Source: Macrostomum lignano
Lineage: Eukaryota
Assembly: GCA_002269645.1 (NCBI GenBank)
Contig: NIVC01000109.1
Location: forward strand, 418,016-482,015
DNA length: 64,000 nucleotides
Reading direction: 5' to 3'
The notes beneath the pieces are model-generated. The model did no database searches. It was not told the origin of the DNA and saw nothing but the letters and a program-made list of their open reading frames with translations. The translations under genes were made by a program, and so were the position numbers. Position 1 is the first letter of the stretch. Each line of letters opens with the position of its first letter. Shown in pieces: positions 23,801 through 34,758 of the stretch.

Positions 23801-26800
23801 AGCATTTACTGCTGCTTGGGTCACCGGGTGCCCCAAGTTATTCTATCAATAGTTAGACTTCCTCACTGCCCACTCTGAAGTTCCCTAACTTAATTTTCCC
23901 CAACCCTAACCCCAACTCCAGTCATTCGTAAACAATGGTGTGCTGGTAATGAGTTTTACTTTTGTGGCAGGTCTGTGAAGAGTTTCTAATCTAATTGGCT
24001 CACTGCACAGTTATTGTCATTAGCTGGCGTTGTTCTTGTCTTCATATATTCTTTACATATTACTGTTCACCAACTCTCTCCGGCTACCCCATTTTCCACC
24101 TCTCTGTCTACCCACTGTCCACCTCTCCGTCTACCCCACTGTCCACCTCTCCGTCTACCCCACTGTCCACCTCTCCGTCTACCCCACTGTCCACCTCTCC
24201 GTCCAGCCCACTGTCCACCTCTCCGTCTACCCCACTGTCCACCTCTCCGTCTACCCCACTGTCCACCTCTCCGTCTACCCCGCTGTCTCCCTCCACCCCC
24301 TGACTCCATCCTCCGTCTGCACCCTCTGCCTCCATCCTCTCTCAACTCTCTCCCTTCACCCCGAGCCCGGTCACCCAGCGCAGCACCCTATCATGCAGCC
24401 TCCCGTCCCCCGCCATCCCGCAGCCCAACTTCGTGCAGGAGCGGGCCCTGGAGCTGGCCAACCTGACCCTCGCCGACATCGACACGGCCCTCGCTGCCTC
24501 AGCCAGCAACGCGACCTCCGCAGGAGCAGCCGAAGCCGCCGCAGCGATCCTGGCTGTCCAGGAGCAGGCCCAGACAGACTCCGCCGTGCTGCTCATCTGC
24601 ATCAACGTGGCCAGCGGAGTCTGCAGAATCGTCACCGGCCGTCTGGCAGATTTTCGCTGCGTCAACCGCGTCCGCCTGCAGCAGGCCGCCTTCTGCATCC
24701 TTGGCGTCAGCATCTGCCTGTTCCCGCTGTGCAGCCACCGGGTGCCCATGATCCTGCTGGCGCTGCTGTTCGGCGCCTGCGACGGCACCTTCGTCTGCAT
24801 GATCGGCCCCATCGCCTTCGACTTGGTTGGCCCGACCGGCGCCTCGCAGGCCATCGGCTTCTTGCTGCAGATGATCTCCATACCCACCACCACCGGCCCG
24901 CTCATCACTGGTGCGCCTTTGGCTCGTTTAGTGGCCTCTGCCAGTGTATTGCTTGCACTTTTATCTCTGTGCTCTTATATCGGCTCACTCCTGCCTCCAC
25001 TATCCATTTCCCCCCTTCTCTTCTCTCGCTCTTCTCTCTCTCTTCTTTCTCGCCTTTATCCCATCCCTCTCTTCTCTCTCTCCCTCCTCCCCCTCTCTTC
25101 TCTCTCTTCCCTCTCTCTCCTCTCTTCCCTCTCTTCCCACTCTCTTCCCACTCTCCCCTCTCTCCTCTCCCTCCCCTCTCTTCCCTCTCTCCCTCTCTCT
25201 CTCCCTTCTCTTCCCCCTCTCTCTCCCTTCTCTCTCCTACCTCTCTCTGATGTATCTTCCTGCTCCCCTCTTTTTCTGCAATGTCCACTTTGCCCCTGAC
25301 AAGAAATATGTTTCTAAATCGGCAACCACACCACTTTTACGTGCTGTTGTTTAGGTTTACTCCTTCTCTGCTTTTGTTTTTCTTACTCTCTGCTTACTTA
25401 CTTTTCCTACTTTCCCAGGCTACATCAACGACTGCACCGGTCGCTGGGACCTGCCGTTCTACATATCGGGGGCGTCTCCCATTATTGGTAGCCTCGTCAT
25501 GTTCTTCATTCCGCCAACAAAGCAGGTGAGAAAGGGGTGGTAATGTGTAAAAGTACATTTGATAATTTTTCCCAAGAATAACCTTTAATTCTGCTGTTCA
25601 CTCAAGAATTTCTGAGTAGTTTGCAGCGCGGTTTGATTGACAGCTGCCCAGAATCTCTAGCTGCATCAGTCCAGTGGCGCTAAATAGATCTCATTGGCGC
25701 TAAATCGATCTAATTGGCGCTAAATAGATCTCATTGGCGCCAAATAGATCTCAGTGTGACTAAATAAATCTCATTGGCGCCAAATAGATCTCAGTGGCGC
25801 TAAAAAGATCTCATTAGCGCTAAATAGATCTCAGTGTGACTAAATAAATCTCATTGGCGCCAAATAGATCTCAGTGGCGCTAAAAAGATCTCATTAGCGC
25901 TAAATAGATCTCATTGGCGCCAAATAGATCTCAGTGTGACTAAATAAATCTCATTGGCGCCAAATAGATCTCAGTGGCGCTAAAAAGATCTCATTAGCGC
26001 TAAATAGATCTCATTAGCGCTAAATAGATCTCATTGGCGCTAAATAGATCTCATTGGCGCCAAATAGATCTCAGTGTGACTAAATAAATCTCATTGGCGC
26101 CAAATAGATCTCAGTGGCGCTAAAAAGATCTCATTAGCGCTAAATAGATCTCATTAGCGCTAAATAGATCTCATTGGCGCTAAATAGATCTCAGTGGCGC
26201 CAAATAGATTTCACTGGCGCTAAAAAGATCTCATTTCCGCTCCCTCGCAACAGATTGAGTCACCACAGTCTAAAAAATGTATTTGGTTTGTTTTACTGTG
26301 GTGTATTGACCTCTGCTCATCCTGCATGTCTCTTGACTTGGGGATCGATTTTCAAATCATGCTAAATCGATATAGCACTCGCGAAAGTACTTTAAATATA
26401 AAAAATTGAGTTAATTTTTCGCTGCTATTGTATCAATGAATTCTACTAGTACAAGAGCCACTCTTCAAGCCGGGACATCCGGTGCAGTTGTCCCTGCCCT
26501 CCGGTCTTATCCAGGGCATTAAAAAAGGACAGCTCGAACCAGTTAGTTAGTGTTTATCGCGCACATCTCCCAGCTGGCCTTGGCTTCCGTCCTTCCCTTT
26601 TTCCTGATAGCGGATTTCTCTACAGTCTTCCAGCTGAATGTACGCTGCAGTCCCCGCCCTCCTGCATCCCCTGACTGACCATCCCCCAGACTCTCCAGCC
26701 ACCAACCCCTATCCAGGCCGGGCCTCCCTCCCTCGCCCCTTCCTGAGCAGCCAAACCGGTCTATATCAAGGGGGGCTTCTTCATCAGGAATTACGGAGCT

Positions 26801-28111
26801 AAGAACTGCGTATAACATAGTAGAAGGTAAGATTTATAATTTACTATTCACAGTAATATTATTTCTTTTGCAACAGGCATATCCTGCAGCTACAGTGGCT
26901 GAAGACTTTGACCAGATGACAAAGTCGAATTTGGATATTCAAGGTGAGTAACTGCTGATGACGACAGCTTTCCACGAGGCGTCTTCTTTGTGGACTTATG
27001 CAATTCGTGTCTTAAATTACAGATATTTAGAGATAGGCGGGCAGATAAGCAGATGTAGGGAGAGATGGCGGAAGAGGGGGAGCGAGGAAACAGAGGGGAG
27101 AGGTTGAAAAGGTTAAGTGAGGCTGAGGAAGGCTGAGGGAGGGTGAGAGAGGGTGAGAGAGGGTGAAAGAGGGTGAGAGGATGAGAGAGGGTGAGAGAGG
27201 GTGAGAGAGGGTGACAGAGGGTGACAGAGGGTGACATAGGGTGAGAGAGGGTGAGAGAGGGTGAGAGGATGAGAGAGGGTGAGAGAGGGTTAGAGAGGGT
27301 GAGAGAGGGTGAGAGAGGGTGAGAGAGGGTGAGAAAAGATGAGAGAGGGTGAGAGAGGGTGAGAGAGGGTGAGAGAGGGTGAGAGAGGATGAGAAAAGAT
27401 GAGAGAGGGTGAGAGAGGGTGAGAGAGGGTGAGAGATGGTGAGAGAGGGTGAGAGAGGATGAGAAAAGATGAGAGAGGGTGAGAGAGGTCGAGAGAGGGT
27501 GACAGAGGGTGACAGAGGGTAGGAGAGGATGAGAGAGGGTTAGAGATGGTGAGAGAGGGTGAGAGAGGCCGAGAGGTTGAGAGAGGGTGAGCGATGGTGA
27601 GAGAGGGTGAGAGAGGGTGAGAGAGGGTGAGAGAGGGTGAGAGAGGGTTAGAGAGGGTGAGAGAGGGTGAGAAAGGGTGAGAGATCCCCAGAACCGCGAA
27701 CCCAGCAACGGCCCTGCAGCAGCTGCCTCCCCTCTCTCACTACCCTCAGCCTACGACGAAGCGCTGACCGACCCGGACGGCATCTGGCAGAAGGCGCCCA
27801 GCGTGATGTCGCTCACTCGGTCCAACGCCAGCCTGGCCGCCTCCGGTGGCAACATTGTCGCCGGCCATCTTCGTCGCCGGCGCCTGAACACGTCGGAGAC
27901 GAGTGGCACGGCTGTTGCGATAAGCGAGACGGCGCCGCTCACGTCGCCGGAGGCATTGTCGGGTGACGAGCTGACCGAGGCGGCTGGAGACGAAGCTGCA
28001 GCTGAAGCCGCCCCCGGCTCTTCACCTCCGTCATCGCCGCAGTCGCCTCCGCGACCGACGCAGAACGGCAAGACCTGCACGGAGATCACGATTCGAGAGT
28101 CGACAATTTGA
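20540..28111 (+). CDS. SLC16A10: SLC16 transporter, MCT10/MCT8-like, join(20540-20825,22727-23343,24424-24910,25419-25525,26877-26943,27750-28111), about 641 aa
   Basis: PADGGLRAW and [12 protein letters not shown] in TM1; [28 protein letters not shown] closely resembles MCT8/MCT10 [28 protein letters not shown]; splice phases consistent (1,0,1,0,1). The symbol means family-level likeness, not proven orthology. Confidence 0.85.
20860..21350. repeat. CCTAC-based repeat (about 27-bp unit) in SLC16 intron 1
   Basis: CCTACCCTGCCTACCCTACCTATCCAA. Confidence 0.85.
22055..22722. repeat. 18-bp CAACCTACTCAACCAATC array and degenerate CCTAC/CCAAC repeats up to the exon 2 acceptor
   Basis: Period 18 over about 22070-22340. 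Confidence 0.88.
22727..23343 (+). CDS. SLC16 exon 2
   Basis: [13 protein letters not shown]...GYFVPFMFL. Confidence 0.92.
23326..23595 (+). repeat. 56-bp tandem repeat spanning the exon 2 splice donor, about 5 copies
   Basis: CTG|GTGAG donors at 23344, 23400, 23456, 23512 and 23568. Confidence 0.95.
24095..24290. repeat. 24-bp repeat in SLC16 intron 2
   Basis: Unit CCCACTGTCCACCTCTCCGTCTAC. Confidence 0.9.
24424..24910 (+). CDS. SLC16 exon 3
   Basis: [10 protein letters not shown]...[12 protein letters not shown]...GPLIT. Confidence 0.9.
25419..25525 (+). CDS. SLC16 exon 4 (TM12)
   Basis: [35 protein letters not shown]; not in the ORF track. Confidence 0.88.
25675..26235. repeat. 20-bp minisatellite in SLC16 intron 4
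   Basis: Unit TGGCGCTAAATAGATCTCAT with variants recurring in blocks. Confidence 0.92.
26877..26943 (+). CDS. SLC16 exon 5 (67-nt, predicted)
   Basis: Strong acceptor ttcttttgcaacag and donor AG|gtgagt; needed to convert phase 0 to phase 1 for the last exon. Confidence 0.6.
27140..27685. repeat. 10-bp GAGAGAGGGT repeat in SLC16 intron 5
   Basis: Direct observation. Confidence 0.9.
27750..28111 (+). CDS. SLC16 final exon (cytosolic tail)
   Basis: GC-rich, [18 protein letters not shown]...ITIREST I stop; acceptor ccctcag ending at 27749. Confidence 0.7.
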
Positions 28112-28912
28112 AATCTTGTAAATGAAAATTAATTTGTTACAAAAGCGTCCTTCCGTATCCTACAGTTCGTGTCCATGAAAATGATGACTGCTTTATCAAC
28201 ATTTATCCTTCTGCTTTATAATTTCCCCTTCATTTTGTGAGGCTCCCCAGCCTGTGACGATTAATTTAAGAGTAAAAAAATTGACAAAATAAGAACTAAC
28301 AGCTGCTGTTTCCTCGGCCTTGATTCATCACGTGACCCCGCTATGCATACACTGAGCTCGTATCGATTCGCTTGCGAGTGCAACTTCTGAAGTGAATTTA
28401 TAGTTTAACACTCAGTTACTCATGTTTTAACTTATTTATATGTATTTATTAGTGTCATTCATCTTTGGCTTAATTAATTTTGCTTCTATAGCAAAATGCA
28501 CGTGCTTCTCAAGCATATGAACAATAAATGTGCATTGTACACAACATTGGATCTTAAAATTAATTTCTACTATTTTGAGACGTTGGGTCCTCTTACTAAA
28601 AGTAGTCCTTATCGTACATGTATGTATATAAGCATTCTGGAGGGCACGTTTGATATATGATCGACTAGGGCCCAATGGGACAGTTCCAAAAAGTAAACCA
28701 AGTGCCAAGTAATGGATCAACTATAAAGGAGATATTAGCTCGTGAAACAAAATTTACGAGTATCTTACTGCTGCTAGGGTTCGAGGTCGAGCTAGGAGAC
28801 TTTATCAAATGAAAATTAACGATATGCTGCCCAATATCCTTCACGTAGCTGAGAATTAGAAGTTTTGCGAGTACGTACATGTAAAGCAGAAAAATGGACC
28901 AAATAAAGCGAG

Positions 28913-30075
28913 CCGTAAAGACGGTCTCTGACTATTTTTACCCTGGCTGCCTCTCTGGTAGCTTGTCTAAGGGTTGTGCGCAATCCGATTGGCCTGGCTT
29001 CGGCTAGCCCAATAACTAAGGGTCCGCCCCGGAGGGGCTGTGCCCATCTAAAAATAACCCTATTCTTTTTCGTACGTTCGTTCCAATAGAATTTCGGCCC
29101 TCGGCCTTGGTTTAGGGGGGGGGGGGTGCCCGGAGTGAGTAGGTACTCTGGACTGCAGTGTGGCTACTAGGACGGGACTGAGCCCCCCCGGTCGTACCCG
29201 CCCTGCAGGAAAGAAAATTACCAATTCACAAAGGTGCACGGTAGACCCAGTAGACTGCCAGCACTGAGGCTGAGCCCCGGGTACAGGTTTGAGGAGGCCT
29301 GTGTGGGTTCAGGTGCTCCTCCAGTTATGTTTTAGTCCCATTACAGTATTGGTTTTATCTAATCCCGGCCTTATGTAGCCGTCCAATCTCTCGGAGTAAT
29401 GAGCTCTGCCCACTGCCCGGTCCACCCTGCTCTGTCCTTGGGTCCATCTACTGGCTCCTGCTGACGGTCCCTGCCAGCGTGTCTCTGGCTCTCATCCTGA
29501 CAGTGGATTGGTGTCCTGGGAAGGATTTTCGTCCCGTACCGGGGACAACCGGCTGAGTCTGATGTCCTCTTGCCCCTGGTGCCTCTTCCCAGGGGCAAGA
29601 GGACATCATACCCCTTGGCCTGGCCCCCAATATTGAGCTTGGGTTGGCAGCAATAGAGGTGTTCCGAGTCCGCCTAGAGTCTCCCCCTCGGATACAAGCC
29701 TTCCAGACTCGCTCCAATAGTTAGCCCTTTCCAAGACTTCTGGGTTTCCCCGCTCCTGGACGGCTTTTTAGCAATATATCCAATTCTGTTTTTCGCGCAC
29801 TCCCGAGGACTTGTCTGCTGGGGGGGGGGTAGCCTGGGTGGACTCGGTCCTAGCACCGTCCCTGATTCCACTGTTGGTTTGGCGGTGTCTTGTACCGTAG
29901 GCTTGGGTCAATTTCGCCCACCCGCGCTTTAAGCCGGGTCCAATCTTCATCTCTCTCGGGGTATCTCAGGCTCTAAAAACAGCTAATGCTGTGCCCCTGG
30001 TAGTGCCCCTCGCGGCAGAGCCCTTCCATGTGGCTGATCCGCGGTCCCCCTTATAGGACCCTTTCGTTTAACAAC
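28913..30075 (+). mobile_element. Non-coding structured SINE-like retroelement, copy 1
   Basis: Colinear homolog of 46624-47454 with the same 5' start CCGTAAAGACGG, AAC-repeat tail, imperfect TSD AAAGCGAG/AAAGCTAG. Confidence 0.75.
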
Positions 30076-30566
30076 AAAGCTAGCTAAAGGGCACCGCAGT
30101 GGAAATCCATTTAATGGCGCCGGTGAAGAATGGAAGTTTAAAAACTATTGAATGGATATAACAGTTAAATTAAAAGACTTGCAGCTGAAAGTAGATGTAA
30201 TATTGTAATATATTATAATATTATGATATTACAATATAATATAACATTACAAAATACATTGTAAAATAAATTGACGGAGTAGATCTTCGGTTTTTATTGT
30301 CGTTATTGTTGACTCGTGTGAGTTCGCGGGGCGTCATGGCGTTAGCAATCCATTTATTCCTCACTGGCTTTCTTATAATATACGTAAGTAATTATATCTG
30401 ACTGAAAATATAAGAAAACCCAACGCCTATACTATACTATACTATACCTATACTATGAGTACATGTAGAACGTACGGGAAACCTCGTTACGGGAAAGTCT
30501 CGTTTCTTAGAAAATTTTAGAAGACAGCTTATTCCGGAAACAATTCAATTGTACATGCGCTGGGCC

Positions 30567-31835
30567 TAATAATAATAATAATCACGCAACACGCCGACCA
30601 CACAAGTGGCCAAAGCGGGGGGCGTCAAATTACGCCGGCTGCCTGGCTGGGGGCTCGCGCATCATTAAAAAGACGGTCGATGTAGCGAGCCGCTCGTCCC
30701 TGTCCGCGCCTGCGTGGTCCCTGCGGAGTCCACAGTAGGACGTCCTGCATCGGCTCTGGGCAGTAGGCTTCGGCCCGGATGACATACCCGGCAAGCCGCA
30801 GCCGTCGCTTGCTCAGCAGGACAGAAGGCCGCGTCAGGCGCGCTCGCTGGTACATCCCGCCCCCCATGTCGTCTCGCTGCCGGGGCCGCGGCGCGGGCGC
30901 CGTAAGCGGCACGAACCAGAGCCGCATGCGCCGCGTCGAGTCGCCTCTCGAGCGCCTCGGTCAGCGTCCAGGTCTCAGTATTTTACAGGAGGGCGGTCTC
31001 AACAACAGCCTGGAACAGCTGGGACCTGGCACTGTCCGACAGGGCCCTCCGAGAGTAGCACCGCCCGAACAGATCGAAAGGCGGGCCAGGCCTTGTCGCT
31101 CACGTTCGGCACCAACCCGTCGAGGTAGAGGAACTGACGAACTGACTGAAAAAAAAAGATCGAAAGGCGGGCCAGGCCTTGTCGCTCACGTTCGGCACCA
31201 ACCCGTCGAGGTAGAGGAACTGACGGCACCTCGGGAGCACCGTCCCAGGGCCATCGCCGTCTCTGAGTCGAATCTCGGCGGGTAGATCGTGGGGCACCAC
31301 GGCAGCACCTCGGTCTCTTTGGCGTTGATGACGAGGCCACCCTCGAAGCCGCCACAGTCAGGCCATCCAGCAGCCGTTGGGCGCCTCGTCATCAGCCGTC
31401 GTGGACAGCAGGGCGAGGTCGTCCGAGGAGGGACAGCCTCTTCTCCGGGTGTCGCCGACTGGTGCGCCTTTGCAGTAGAAAAAAGCCGTCCTCTGCGGTC
31501 GGCAGGCCGGTCCTGAGCACCCAGTCCATCAGCAAAACAAAGAGGAAGGGCGCCAATGTCACTCTGCAGCACTCCGCGGAGCTTGCGCTAAACAGGTCCA
31601 ACGGTCCGTCTGGTGTCGCTTCCGCAGCGGTGGTGTCCTGGTACACAATGATGACGGAGATCAGCTGCTGCAGTACGTTGTAAGGCACGGAGCACGTGAG
31701 GCAACCGCGGGTCACCGAGTCGAAAGCCTTGAGGAAGTCAACAGATGAAAACTATAGGCTTGACTATAGTGGATGCGCGATTCCTCGATGATGTGGCGGA
31801 GGGCCAGGATCTGCGTCACTGTGCCAGGCCTGGGC
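30567..31835 (-). mobile_element. 5'-truncated degenerate RTE-like LINE (RT and C-terminus)
   Basis: QILALRHIIEE, VDFLKAFDSVTR, TLAPFLFVLLMDWVLR, RRLRLAGYVIR...LLWTPQGPRRRG; (ATT)n tail at 30567-30582. Confidence 0.85.
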
Positions 31836-32217
31836 CAAAAAATTATTAAATTTTTTAAATAAATTTTATCATTTTAGTACTATAGCTGACTGTGTGTAAG
31901 ATTAACAGGTGTAACAGCTCGAGATGAAAAAAAAGGCCAACAAAAGGAATGCCTGCGGTGCCGAAAGCTGGAATGTATTCGGCGCTAAAGTGAGTGCCTG
32001 CGGCGCTAAAGAGTGCCTTCGGCGCTAAATGAGTGCCTGCGGCGCTAAATGAGCGCTGACAACACGATTCTCAAAATAATGGAAAATGTAGGAATTTAGT
32101 TATGTACATGTACATGTTGAATTCTTGGCTTTGTCCCCTCCCCACACCATAAAATCCATGGCGACGCCCCTGGCTATGAAAGGCACAACATTAGGTTTGC
32201 TTCCTGGCGAAAGAAAT

Positions 32218-34758
32218 AAAAAGGGGATGTCAACTTAAGGCTCTGGAATGGAGCCCGAAGTTCAGCTCCGGACCAAACCGACTGCAATCGATAACTTGTC
32301 GGCCCAGACGACTAGAATCGCCGAGACATCCCATCCGGCTCCCTTCCTTGGGGTCCCAGGGGATAAAGGGGATAAAATGGGGATCTCATGTCAACTTAAG
32401 GCTCTGGAATGGAGCCCGAAGTTCAGCTCCGGACCAAACCGACTGCAATCGATAACTTGTCGGCCCAGACGACTAGAATCGCCGAGACATCCCATCCGGC
32501 TCCCTTCCTTGGGGTCCCAGGGGATAAAGGGGATAAAATGGGGATCTCATGTCAACTTAAGGCTCTGGAATGGAGCCCGAAGTTCAGCTCCGGACCAAAC
32601 CGACTGCAATCGATAACTTGTCGGCCCAGACGACTAGAATCGCCGAGACATCCCATCCGGCTCCCTTCCTTGGGCTGACTGAAACTCCTCTTGCTGGCCG
32701 CTAGACAGTTGCTCAGTAGGCTTCCGCTGCTGTGGTAAAGCATTTTCTCTGGCATAAAGTCTGGCAACAAGACGGCGTGGAAGAGCGGAATCAACAAAGC
32801 GAAGGCTAGCACCAGACCTTCGATAGCTATCTTGGTGGTAAGCGTAGCAGCCCAGGAGTCTGAGCACTGCCATTACATGACAATGGTGACAATGGCGGCC
32901 TGCAGTCCTACTTCCAGCTTTTGCTGATGAGTAGTAGCCATAAGAAGTTGCAATCCTGGATCTCTAAAACCAAAGCGATTGTCCGCTGCTGTCACACACT
33001 CTAAGAATCACGCGGTAGGATTTCGAATTATGGCGCGAGAAAACGACAGCTAGAAAAATCAAGACGGATGCCACCGACCGAATAGGTTGCTCCAGTTTTC
33101 TAGCGGCGTCTCTTGCCGAAACTTCCAATACTCCCGGCGGCTCGGATGTGTAACTCAAAGTCTCTCCAGGAGTCACCTTCGTAGCTACCGAGAACCTCCT
33201 TGACACGAATGTTTTGAATGTAATAATCGGCTTGATTTAGTTGATACGGACCCACCAAAACCTCTGACAAATTCACTGTGTGAATTCGGGGGAACCCCGA
33301 GCTTTTTGGATCCAGCGGGTTGACAGCAATCCATGCCCTTGTGTTAGCAGGGGGGCACGCTTCAGATCACAGTTGAAGTGCAGCTGCTCAATTTCGTCCA
33401 GTTCGTTGGACAAGAGCACTCGGCGCATGAAATTCTGCCCGAATTCGAACAACGATAGCCCTGTCCATGACGGTGGCAGCTGTTTAAATGATTCAAAACC
33501 TGGATGCGCCAGGTTGTACTTTGCCATCGAGGTCTCGATAACAACGTCTAATCGGCTGGGCTCACTGAAGCCGGCTGACGGCAGCCACTGATACGGTTTG
33601 TGCCTCTCGTTAACACATTTGTCCTGCTTAATGGCAGCAAAGCAGCACTCAATGACATAGCGGAACATAGTGGCACAGCGGATGTCTCGGCGATTCTAGT
33701 CGTCTGGGCCGACAAGTTATCGATTGCAGTCGGTTTGGTCCGGAGCTGAACTTCGGGCTCCATTCCAGAGCCTTAAGTTGACATGAGATCCCCATTTTAT
33801 CCCCTTTATCCCCTGGGACCCCAAGGAAGGGAGCCGGATGGGATGTCTCGGCGATTCTAGTCGTCTGGGCCGACAAGTTATCGATTGCAGTCGGTTTGGT
33901 CCGGAGCTGAACTTCGGGCTCCATTCCAGAGCCTTAAGTTGACATGAGATCCCCATTTTATCCCCTTTATCCCCTGGGACCCCAAGGAAGGGAGCCGGAT
34001 GGGATGTCTCGGCGATTCTAGTCGTCTGGGCCGACAAGTTATCGATTGCAGTCGGTTTGGTCCGGAGCTGAACTTCGGGCTCCATTCCAGAGCCTTAAGT
34101 TGACATGAGATCCCCATTTTATCCCCTTTATCCCCTGGGACCCCAAGGAAGGGAGCCGGATGGGATGTCTCGGCGATTCTAGTCGTCTGGGCCGACAAGT
34201 TATCGATTGCAGTCGGTTTGGTCCGGAGCTGAACTTCGGGCTCCATTCCAGAGCCTTAAGTTGACATGAGATCCCCATTTTATCCCCTTTATCCCCTGGG
34301 ACCCCAAGGAAGGGAGCCGGATGGGATGTCTCGGCGATTCTAGTCGTCTGGGCCGACAAGTTATCGATTGCAGTCGGTTTGGTCCGGAGCTGAACTTCGG
34401 GCTCCATTCCAGAGCCTTAAGTTGACATGAGATCCCCATTTTATCCCCTTTATCTCCTGGGACCCCAAGGAAGGGAGCCGGATGGGATGTCTCGGCGATT
34501 CTAGTCGTCTGGGCCGACAAGTTATCGATTGCAGTCGGTTTGGTCCGGAGCTGAACTTCGGGCTCCATTCCAGAGCCTTAAGTTGACATGAGATCCCCAT
34601 TTTATCCCCTTTATCCCCTGGGACCCCAAGGAAGGGAGCCGGATGGGATGTCTCGGCGATTCTAGTCGTCTGGGCCGACAAGTTATCGATTGCAGTCGGT
34701 TTGGTCCGGAGCTGAACTTCGGGCTCCATTCTGGTGCTTAAGTTGACATCCCCTTTTT
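32218..34758. mobile_element. Foldback-like element: inverted arms of 161-bp tandem repeats (32218-32674 and 33680-34758) around a 1-kb core
   Basis: Perfect 22-bp terminal inverted repeat AAAAAGGGGATGTCAACTTAAG; about 2.8 units left and about 6.7 inverted units right; no TSD seen. Confidence 0.8.
32675..33679 (-). pseudogene. Disrupted coding-like fragment inside the foldback element, product unknown, partly hydrophobic
   Basis: 131-aa ORF 33668-33273 followed by frameshifted segments with TM-like runs (IRSVASVLIFLAVVF; IAIEGLVLAFALLIPLFHAVLL). Confidence 0.4.

Noticed and set aside
28913-29060. HDV-like ribozyme at the 5' end of the structured element
   Set aside because: No P1/P3/L3/P1.1 assignment worked in both copies, and the 5' end begins with C
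29054-29062. Conserved TAACCCTA resembling a telomerase RNA template
   Set aside because: It appears paired with GGGTT in a stem, and diverged dispersed copies with TSDs fit a retroelement rather than a single-locus telomerase RNA
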